Shown here: in pieces, positions 56,727-64,000 of the stretch
How the letters are laid out: each line of letters starts with the position of its first letter
Position numbering within the stretch: position 1 is the first letter of the stretch
NCBI GenBank assembly: GCA_965223705.1
Contig: OZ245015.1
Span: forward strand, 3,712,001 to 3,776,000
DNA length: 64,000 nt
Direction of reading: 5' to 3'
Source of the DNA: Myxococcota bacterium
GTDB taxonomy: Bacteria > Myxococcota_A > UBA9160 > UBA6930
The notes under the pieces: model-generated
Database searches by the model: none
Seen by the model: only the letters and a program-made list of their open reading frames with translations
What the model was told of the DNA's origin: nothing
Program-made: the position numbers and the translations under genes

Positions 56727-58355
56727 TCACGCCTGTGCGGGATCCCGCCGGCGCCACCACCAGACGAAGACCCCCAATGCGGCGATGATCTGCGGGAGGA
56801 CGAAGAGCGAGAGCATGCGCAACCGCATGAACTGTTCGGTGTTCAAGGCGAGCCGACTCGCGCGGGTCGTCGCCGGTCGAATCGAGATCGCCTCGACGTC
56901 GCCGAGTAGCCAGTTGATCGAATTCAAGAACAGGTCGCGGTTCCGAAACTGACGCAACATCGAGTTCGTCGCGAAGTCGGAGTCGCCGTACACCGCGATC
57001 CGCGTGCCCGGCTCCTCCCCGCCGTCGTCGGCGGTCGCGCCCTCTCCGTCGGCTTCGCCCGCCTTCGACTTCGCGAGCGGCAGTTCGCCGATGACCGCCA
57101 CCGGCACCGGTCCGCGCAAGTCGTTCTGCCCAAGCTCGGCGCGACCCGCTGTAAAGAATTCGTCGAGATCCCGTTCTCCCCAGGAATCTTCGCCGGTGAG
57201 GACGAGTTGTGTGAGGCTCTGATGCGCGCCGGGCTTCACGGTGACGCTCCGGGCCATGTGGAACAAGGTCGCCTCGCGAAGGTTTTCCGTGATGGGGTGC
57301 GCGGCGTACTGCGCGGCAAACGGCGAAACCGGCCGCCCGAACAGTCCTTGCACGCGATCGACAACGACGTCCTCACCGACGGTCATCCCCCACTCCGAAA
57401 TCAGCGGGTACAGATCGGTGTTGGCCCGCGGATCGATCATCATGAGGATCGCACCGCCGCCCTCGGCGTAGTCGCGCAACGCCTTGTGCTCCGCTTCGAG
57501 GAGCGGCCGGGTCGGACCGGCGATCACCACGACATCGGCGTCCTCGGGGACGCGGCCCGTTGCGGCGAGGAGCAGGCTCTCGGTTTCGTAGTTCTCATTC
57601 CGCAGCGCGTCGATCGCCTGCGACAGACCTTCGGGTTGTTCAGCCGCTTCTTTGAAGGCGGCGCGCTCGCCGTGGCCCTCGAGGAAATAGACCCGCTTGG
57701 TTCCTTGACGCGTGAGTTTGACCAGCGCGTTCGTGACGCTCTCTTCCGACACGTCTTCGATCTCCGTCGACTCCTCGCCCAGCGCGACGTGCAGCAAACC
57801 GTTCGCGAGCTTCTCGTCCTCGATGCCCAAAGCGCGGGAGCGACCGGGGTTCGCCTGGGGATCGACGAACTCGAGCTTGACGCGATCGCTCGCGTACGCG
57901 AACCGGTCGAGGAGGTCTTTCACCGGCGGCTCGTTCACGGCGGTGTAGAACCCCGTAAACGCCACGTCCTCGTCGAGGCCCTCGACGATCTTGCGCGCCT
58001 GCTCCGAAAGCGTGTGCACACCGCTCTCGGTCCAGTCCCAGCGTTGGTGGTAACGCGTCGTCAAGAACGCGAGAAGCGCGAGCACCACGATTCCGAGCAA
58101 CGTGCTGACGACGGCACTCGTTCCGTACTTGCCGGCTCGCTTGGCGCCTCCGGTCGACAACCGTTCGCGGATCTTGTCTGCATTGGTGACCGCCGCGACG
58201 ATGAGAAGCACCAAGCCGAGGCCGAAGTTCCCCCAGATAAAGGGCAGATCGCGGGTGATGAACAAGCCACCCGTCGCGAGCTGGAGGAGCAAGGAGAGCA
58301 GGCCGAAGACGATGAAGACCGCCCCGAGCCAACCGAGTAGTCCCGACCAACGCAT
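56727..58355 (-). CDS. GldG-family ABC auxiliary component
   Basis: RWDWTESGVHTLS, FVDP, VYFLEGHGE, VIAGP, VYGDSDF, NRDLFLNSINWL, C-terminal TM + WWWRRR. Confidence 0.85.
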   Translation of the reverse strand: MRWSGLLGWLGAVFIVFGLLSLLLQLATGGLFITRDLPFIWGNFGLGLVLLIVAAVTNADKIRERLSTGGAKRAGKYGTSAVVSTLLGIVVLALLAFLTTRYHQRWDWTESGVHTLSEQARKIVEGLDEDVAFTGFYTAVNEPPVKDLLDRFAYASDRVKLEFVDPQANPGRSRALGIEDEKLANGLLHVALGEESTEIEDVSEESVTNALVKLTRQGTKRVYFLEGHGERAAFKEAAEQPEGLSQAIDALRNENYETESLLLAATGRVPEDADVVVIAGPTRPLLEAEHKALRDYAEGGGAILMMIDPRANTDLYPLISEWGMTVGEDVVVDRVQGLFGRPVSPFAAQYAAHPITENLREATLFHMARSVTVKPGAHQSLTQLVLTGEDSWGERDLDEFFTAGRAELGQNDLRGPVPVAVIGELPLAKSKAGEADGEGATADDGGEEPGTRIAVYGDSDFATNSMLRQFRNRDLFLNSINWLLGDVEAISIRPATTRASRLALNTEQFMRLRMLSLFVLPQIIAALGVFVWWWRRRDPAQA

Positions 58356-59153
58356 CTAACGCCACCTCGCGGATTCGACCGAGGTCTTCGTCAACAGCAG
58401 GAACACGCCAATCATGAACGCGAAGTACGCGAGATCTCGCGTGTCTACCAACCCGCGCACCATCCGGTCGAACCGGTCGGCCGCCGACAGGAAGCGCATC
58501 ACCTCCGAGACGGTCGACTTCGCGCCGATCGCTCCGCCCGCCGCGCCGAGATCGGCGACGATGGCGAGCATCCACAGGATCAGGAGCATGACAAGCGTGA
58601 GAAAGAACGCGATCAACTGATTTCGGGTTACCGAGGAGGCAAACGTCCCGACGGCGACGTAGCTCCAAGCGAGAAAGAGCAGCCCCAGAAGCCCCGACAC
58701 CGCCTGCCAGACTTCGGGGTCGCCGTACAGGAACAACACCCACGTGAAGAAGCCGACGACGCCGATGAGGCACATCGCGAAGATGGCGCCGGCGAGAAAT
58801 TTCCCGAGCACCAACTCCCAGATGGTGATCGGGCTCGTCAAGAGGAGCTCCTGTGTTCCGTTCGCTTTCTCCGAGGCGAAGAGCCCCATCGTGATCGCGG
58901 GAATGAGAAACAGGAGCACGATCCACATCACGCCGTAGAACGGTCCGAGTACGGAATCGTTCAGGTTGAGGCGATCGAGAAACTCGGTGTAGCCGATGCT
59001 CTGTGCTTCGGCGGCTTGGGCATCGAACGACAACACACCCGCCAAGAAGAAGAAGCCGGCGAGGAGTGCGAACAACGTCAACGTCACGTATGCCACGGGC
59101 GAGACGAAGAGCGAGCGCAGTTCTCGCCCGGCGATCGCGGGGATGTGTTTCAC
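58356..59153 (-). CDS. GldF-like ABC-2 permease
   Basis: RELRSLFVSPVAY, PAITMGLFASEKANGTQELLLTSP, LGKF, NQLIA. Confidence 0.88.
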   Translation of the reverse strand: MKHIPAIAGRELRSLFVSPVAYVTLTLFALLAGFFFLAGVLSFDAQAAEAQSIGYTEFLDRLNLNDSVLGPFYGVMWIVLLFLIPAITMGLFASEKANGTQELLLTSPITIWELVLGKFLAGAIFAMCLIGVVGFFTWVLFLYGDPEVWQAVSGLLGLLFLAWSYVAVGTFASSVTRNQLIAFFLTLVMLLILWMLAIVADLGAAGGAIGAKSTVSEVMRFLSAADRFDRMVRGLVDTRDLAYFAFMIGVFLLLTKTSVESARWR

Positions 59154-59962
59154 GACGCAGCTCCCGCTGCTCCGGCAGCGTGTTGCAGTTCTCCATGGGC
59201 GGCGCGCGTGAACACTTCTTCGAGGCGCTCGCCGCGGCCGACGAGATCGGACAGCTGCTCATCGAGCACCTTGCGACCCCCGTTGACGATCAACACCCGC
59301 CGACAAATCGCTTCGACTTCGGCGAGGATATGGGTGGAGAGGATGACGGTTTGGCCGCCGACCTTGCCCGGCGCCGCCAGGCTTCCGATGAGTTCGCGAA
59401 TTTCTCCGATCTGGATCGGGTCGAGCCCGACGGTCGGTTCGTCCAGCACCAGAACCGGCGGCTCGTGCACGATCGCCTGGGCGAGCCCGACGCGCTGGCG
59501 GTAACCCTTGGACAGCTGCCCGATGACCCGCCGATGGACATGGGTCAGCCCGCAGCGTTCGAGCGCCCGATCGACCGCGTCCTTGCGCGTTGCGCGCGGC
59601 ACGTCCTTCAGCTTGGCCACGTAGTCGAGGTAGCTGCGCACCGCCATCTCCGGGTAGACCGGAGGGGCTTCGGGCAAGTAACCGACGGCTCGGCGGGCGG
59701 CCAAGGGATCGCTGAAGATGTCGTGGCCCGCGATGGAAGCACTGCCCTCGGTGGCTGGAATGAAGCCGGTGAGGATCCGCATGGTCGTGGTCTTTCCGGC
59801 GCCGTTGGGCCCGAGAAACCCCACCACTTCGCCGGCGCCCACCGAGAATGAGACGTTGTCCAAGGCGAGCAAGTCGCCGTAGCGCTTGACGAGGCCCCGG
59901 GCCTCGATCTGCGGCGCGTTTTGACCGTCGCCTCCGTCGGCCCCTGCTGGCTGTTCTGTCAC
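59150..59962 (-). CDS. GldA-like ABC transporter ATP-binding protein
   Basis: GPNGAGKTT, LSKGYRQRVGLAQA, LDEPTVGLDP, STH. Confidence 0.93.
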   Translation of the reverse strand: MTEQPAGADGGDGQNAPQIEARGLVKRYGDLLALDNVSFSVGAGEVVGFLGPNGAGKTTTMRILTGFIPATEGSASIAGHDIFSDPLAARRAVGYLPEAPPVYPEMAVRSYLDYVAKLKDVPRATRKDAVDRALERCGLTHVHRRVIGQLSKGYRQRVGLAQAIVHEPPVLVLDEPTVGLDPIQIGEIRELIGSLAAPGKVGGQTVILSTHILAEVEAICRRVLIVNGGRKVLDEQLSDLVGRGERLEEVFTRAAHGELQHAAGAAGAAS

Positions 59963-60141
59963 CGTGATGGCTCCTCCGGCGTTCCCGAGCCCACCAGGCT
60001 GGGCTCCCGGGTGATACGTCGACGCGGCTCGGTTGGATGACCTCGCAATATACGAAGGGGGTCTCCCCCTGCAACCCCGAGACCCGGAGACGCTCTCCCC
60101 TGCGGCCCCGCTGGAAAAACACCTAACCTCGGGCCCTACCT

Positions 60142-61257
60142 ATGCGGATCGCTTTAGTGATCGAGCGCTTCGTCCCGACGGGAGGCGTCGAAGCCGTCGC
60201 CTGGCAGGTCGCGCGGGGCCTGGCCGCCGTCGGCGACGAGGTCACGGTATTCGCCCGCGAAGCCGCGGAAGAGACGAGCGTTCGGATCCACCGGCTAGAC
60301 GTTCCGAGGGGTTGGCAACCGTGGCGAGTCCTCGCGTTCTCCCGGGCAGCGGCGCGGGCCGCTCCCCGCGACGCCTTCGACGCCGTGCAGAGTTTCTCGC
60401 GGACGCGTCATCAAGACGTGTTCCGAGCGGGGGGCGGGAGCCACGCCGATTACCTCGATCAGAGCTTCCGCGGGTTCGCCCGCTGGGTGCGGCACGTCTC
60501 ACCGCGTCATCGTGTCCTGCTGGGCATAGAACGTCGCGTCTTTGCGGATCCCACCCAATGGATCTTGTGCAATTCCGCCATGGTGTCGCGGGAAATCGGG
60601 GCGCGGGTCCCCGGGGCGGCCGCGCGCTGTAGGATGATTCCCAACGGCGTCGATCTCGAGCGCTTCCGTCCGGGACGCAGGGCCGAGGCCCGGAAAGCGC
60701 TCTCCGTCGATGCCGACACGCCCCTGTGGCTTTTCGTCGGCAGCGGTTTTCGGCGCAAAGGCCTCGAGACCGCGCTCCGAGCGGTCCGTGCGGCACGCAC
60801 GTCCAGCGGCGTTCTTTGGGTGGCGGGCGGCGACCCGGTGGACGCCTGGGAGCGCCTCGCCGAGGACATCGGCGTACGCTCGCGCGTTCGCTTTCTGGGA
60901 CCGCGGCGCGACGTCGAAGACCTCTACGCTGCCGCCGACGCGCTGATCCTGCCGACGCGCTACGACGCGTTCGCGAACGTCACCCTCGAAGCGGCGGCGA
61001 GCGGGTGCTTCCCGGTGACGACCCCGCAAAACGGTGCGGCGGAATGGTTCGGCGATGCCTGTGCGACGGTGGGAGCGACCGATGTCGACGGATTCGCGAC
61101 ATGGCTCGACCGACTGGCGGAACCCTCGGAGCGACTCCGACTGGCGGCAGCGGCGCGACGACGAGCCGAAGACGCGAGCTGGCCTCGACACATCGACGCG
61201 TTGCGCGCGCTCTACCGCGAAGGACCTCCCGATCCCCGGGCGGACGGCGCCACGTGA
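60142..61257 (+). CDS. GT4 glycosyltransferase (WaaG/RfaG-like)
   Basis: MRIALV...GGVE, IPNGVD, FVGSGFRRKG, PTRYDAFANVTLEA. Confidence 0.88.
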   Translation: MRIALVIERFVPTGGVEAVAWQVARGLAAVGDEVTVFAREAAEETSVRIHRLDVPRGWQPWRVLAFSRAAARAAPRDAFDAVQSFSRTRHQDVFRAGGGSHADYLDQSFRGFARWVRHVSPRHRVLLGIERRVFADPTQWILCNSAMVSREIGARVPGAAARCRMIPNGVDLERFRPGRRAEARKALSVDADTPLWLFVGSGFRRKGLETALRAVRAARTSSGVLWVAGGDPVDAWERLAEDIGVRSRVRFLGPRRDVEDLYAAADALILPTRYDAFANVTLEAAASGCFPVTTPQNGAAEWFGDACATVGATDVDGFATWLDRLAEPSERLRLAAAARRRAEDASWPRHIDALRALYREGPPDPRADGAT

Positions 61258-62768
61258 GCGGCGCAACCCGCTGGGTCGGTGGCGACGCTGAGATCCACCG
61301 TGCGGTAGAAGCCTGGGTCCGGGGTGAGGAGAACGCCGCCGCGGTACTTCGCGACGGGCCCCGCCGGACCGTCGTGCGGCTCGATGTCGGTGGCCGAAGC
61401 GTGCTCGCGAAGCGTTTTCGCCAAGCGAATCGACTCGGCGCTCGTCTCAAGCGCCGGTTGCGCCTCGGCCCCGCCGAGCGCGAGTGGCGAGCGCTGCGCG
61501 CGACCTGGCGCGCGGGCGTGTCGGTCCCTCGCGCCGAAGCCTGGGCGCAGCTCCCAGGCGGCGACCAGGTGTTGTGCACCGAGTGGCTCGAAGGCGGAGC
61601 GCTTCCCGAATGCGTTCCCGAGCACGGTCCCAGGCGCCGCGAACTCTTCGCGGCGATCGGTCGCTGCGTAGCGGCGTTCCACGAGAGCGGCTTCGTCCAC
61701 CGCGACCTCCACGCGGACAACGTGTTGATAACCCGCCGGGGACCGGTCCTCATCGACCTGCAAAGCGCGGCGCGAAGCTCGAACCGCGGCAAGCGGATCG
61801 CGGATCTCGGGCACCTCGACTACTCGCTTTGGCTGCGCTCCAACATGGCCGACCGAATGATCTTTCGTCGCGCGGCGCTCGGGAAGACACGCGATGTTCG
61901 AACCGCCGTGCGCGCCGTGGGAATCGCGGCGAAGCGACGCGCCAGCCGGCACATGCAGAGTCGCGCGTTGCGTGCGACCCGCCCCGGCCGTCGGTTCGCG
62001 CGCGTCTCCGTCGGCCGAGCCCGAGGGATTCGTCTCCGCACCTGCCCGGGCGAGCAAATCGAACTCGCGCTCACGCGGCACTGGCAGGCTCTAGAAGCGG
62101 GCGGAGACGCGGTGCGAAAGGACGAGGGGCGGAGCCGGATCACGCTGTGCGAATCGGTATTCGTGAAGGAGACGTCCGGCGGTGGACTGCCCCGCTCACT
62201 GTGGGACCGCGTCCGGGGGAGCGCCGCCCGTCGCGCCTTTCGCGCCCACTACGCCCTGGAATCCCAGCGCATCGGTGCACCGACCGCGCTCGCGTTCCTC
62301 GAATTCCCGCGTGGCATGGGTATCGGACGTTCGGTTCTCGTCGCGGAGGGACACCCGGAGCTCGAAGACGGGCTCGCCGCCGCCGAACGGCAACCCGAAT
62401 CCGCCGTCGACGCGCTGATCCGCGTCCTGGTCGACCTACACGCCCGCGGCATCGATCACGGCGACGTGAAGGCGACCAACTTTCTATTGCAACCCGCGGA
62501 AGACGCGCTGGAAGCGCTGATCCTCGATCTTGAAAGTTTGCGGATCCGCGGTGCGCTCAGCGACGAGCGGCGTATCGAAGCCTTGGCGCAGCTCAATGCG
62601 TCCCTTCCCGACGGAATCTCCGCCGCGGTGCGTCTCGCGGCTTTTGACACGTATCGACGGGCCACTTTCTGGCGCGGCGATCGCGCGGCGCAGTTGCGCG
62701 AAGTCACCCGGCGGAGCCTCGCGAAGCGACATCGGTGGACCGGCCAGGGATGTTCGCCGACGCCCTAG
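61254..62768 (+). CDS. lipopolysaccharide kinase (Kdo/WaaP/InaA family) with two kinase-like domains
   Basis: AEREW, HRDLHADNVL...IDL and a second HGDVKATNFL...LDLE; GTGA overlap with the glycosyltransferase. Confidence 0.78.
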   Translation: MSGATRWVGGDAEIHRAVEAWVRGEENAAAVLRDGPRRTVVRLDVGGRSVLAKRFRQANRLGARLKRRLRLGPAEREWRALRATWRAGVSVPRAEAWAQLPGGDQVLCTEWLEGGALPECVPEHGPRRRELFAAIGRCVAAFHESGFVHRDLHADNVLITRRGPVLIDLQSAARSSNRGKRIADLGHLDYSLWLRSNMADRMIFRRAALGKTRDVRTAVRAVGIAAKRRASRHMQSRALRATRPGRRFARVSVGRARGIRLRTCPGEQIELALTRHWQALEAGGDAVRKDEGRSRITLCESVFVKETSGGGLPRSLWDRVRGSAARRAFRAHYALESQRIGAPTALAFLEFPRGMGIGRSVLVAEGHPELEDGLAAAERQPESAVDALIRVLVDLHARGIDHGDVKATNFLLQPAEDALEALILDLESLRIRGALSDERRIEALAQLNASLPDGISAAVRLAAFDTYRRATFWRGDRAAQLREVTRRSLAKRHRWTGQGCSPTP

Positions 62769-63070
62769 TCTCGGCGGACCCGCAACCACTGGTAGTAGGA
62801 AGACGATCCCGGAACGGCGCCGCCCTCCCCGTCCTCGTAGTGGAGCGTCGCGAGCTTCGCGCCGGAAATGATGCGCTTGAACGCCTCGATCTTTCTGGCC
62901 GGATCGTCGGGATTGAGCCCGTGAAAGACGAGTTCGACCTCGTTCTTGACCGCCAAGACGTTCAGTACGAGTGTCGACAACGTGAACACCTTGCCGATGC
63001 CCTCCACCGCTTCGACGGCGAAGCGCGGGACGTCGACCTGACTGAGTTCGAAGGTGTATTCGAGACGCAT
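62765..63070 (-). CDS. small hypothetical protein
   Basis: GAGGGG RBS, protein-like composition, 4-nt stop overlap with the kinase gene. Confidence 0.55.
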   Translation of the reverse strand: MRLEYTFELSQVDVPRFAVEAVEGIGKVFTLSTLVLNVLAVKNEVELVFHGLNPDDPARKIEAFKRIISGAKLATLHYEDGEGGAVPGSSSYYQWLRVRRD

Positions 63071-63128
63071 GGATTCCCCTCGGGGGCAGAGTGCCCACCC
63101 GGATTCGTCGTGTCAAGAGTGCGTGCGG

Positions 63129-63908
63129 CTACCCGTCGCCGGTTTCCGCTTCTTCGGCCTCGCCGACCAGCCTTACGGTCTTCAAGAGTTCTTCGCGCGT
63201 GAACACGCCTTTCGCCAAGAGCAGGCGGGTTACAGCGCGCAGAATTTGTCGCGTCGGTACCTGGCCGGCCCGATCGCCGTCGTCGGCGTCCGCCTTGGGC
63301 TGTGACCGTAGCGCTTCGGGCTGTGGCTCGTCTTCGCGCCGATCGGCGGCCGGAAAAAACAGCCGATCCTCGTCCTGACGGCTGACCTCGGTGGCCTGGA
63401 CGACGTCCGGGGCGGATGTCTCTCCGACATCCTCGACCTCGACCGGGGGTTCGGCTCCCGTGACGTGACCGGCGTAGAGCGCTGTGGTGGCGTTGCGCAG
63501 CTGTACCGGACCGACCAGGACCGGCCGCACGCGGAAACCCAGCCGGAAGCGGAGATCGTCGATGGTGGACAGATCGTGGGGGTCTTCCATCCCGAGGTAC
63601 AAGACGCGGTTGCCGCCCTCTTTGGCGATAAAGAGCGGAACGCACGCGTTTTTTTCCGCGTACGCCCCATCGACCAGCTCGGCCATGGACGCGTCGATTC
63701 GCTTCCCTTCGAGCCGTACTGCGGGAACGCCCAGCGAGCGCGCGAGGACCCGGACGAGCTGATCCTCTTCGACATGGCCCAGGGCGACCAGTGCCGACCC
63801 CAAGCGGCCGCCCCAGCGCGACTGCTCTCCGAGCGCGGCGGTCAGCTGCAATTCGTCGATGACACCGGCCTCGATCAGTACCTGGCCGAGCTTCGGGCGG
63901 TCCGTCAA
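63129..63908 (-). CDS. stand-alone MshEN / GspE N-terminal domain protein (no ATPase)
   Basis: KLGQVLIEAGVI....L...L..Q and RLGSALVALGHV tandem motifs; LYLGMEDP; C-terminal LLLAKGVFTREE. Confidence 0.85.
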   Translation of the reverse strand: MTDRPKLGQVLIEAGVIDELQLTAALGEQSRWGGRLGSALVALGHVEEDQLVRVLARSLGVPAVRLEGKRIDASMAELVDGAYAEKNACVPLFIAKEGGNRVLYLGMEDPHDLSTIDDLRFRLGFRVRPVLVGPVQLRNATTALYAGHVTGAEPPVEVEDVGETSAPDVVQATEVSRQDEDRLFFPAADRREDEPQPEALRSQPKADADDGDRAGQVPTRQILRAVTRLLLAKGVFTREELLKTVRLVGEAEEAETGDG

Positions 63909-64000
63909 CGCTAACTCCCTCTCGCGTGTGGGCTTTACGCGAGAGACATCGGAGAGCCGCGCGTTTCACCTTACCCTCAGCACAATCCCCCAGGGAAGGT

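Noticed and set aside
59963..60141. Short hairpins and a repeated CTCCCC(C)TGC in the gldA/glycosyltransferase divergent spacer
   Set aside because: Short GC-rich matches expected by chance; no recognisable RNA family
63909..64000. c-di-GMP riboswitch upstream of the MshEN gene
   Set aside because: Only a partial AAAGCC resemblance; the GNRA/receptor two-stem architecture is not seen and the region is cut by the window edge

Overview
High-GC, densely coding bacterial chromosomal segment. Gene content (stand-alone MshEN, FHA-DUF4388, short PilZ, PEP-CTERM, DksA, RpoH-like sigma) suggests Myxococcota or another deltaproteobacterial-type lineage; this is inference only. Bases 1-33 kb are accessory metabolism and signalling: a luciferase-like monooxygenase group, a five-gene minus-strand signalling cassette (REC-EAL, beta-barrel, exported protein, HAMP-PAS histidine kinase, REC(D->E)-HDOD), a CHRD/PEP-CTERM protein, an animal-type haem peroxidase, and a ~16 kb aromatic/N-heterocycle catabolic island. 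The island has two divergent CarAa/OxoO-type Rieske oxygenases, a type I extradiol dioxygenase, a meta-cleavage-type hydrolase, two amidases, hydantoinase A/B, one canonical and one ligand-degenerate M20 protein, an SDR and an MFS transporter. A TGGTA-N3-TACCG motif sits upstream of both oxygenases. Bases 33-64 kb are mostly core genome: metY, smpB, panBCD with a long structured leader containing a pan-motif-like hairpin, rsmA, tsaD, dksA, tolQRAB-cpoB (no pal), pepA, rpoH-like sigma, moaB, moaD-moaE fusion, bactofilin, holB, suhB, a GldA/F/G-DUF4340 ABC module, a glycosyltransferase/kinase pair and a MshEN protein. I saw no rRNA, tRNA, CRISPR array, transposase or integrase. All calls come from reading motifs by eye; no database searches were run. 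Several start codons were moved from the ORF track using RBS and stop/start overlap evidence.
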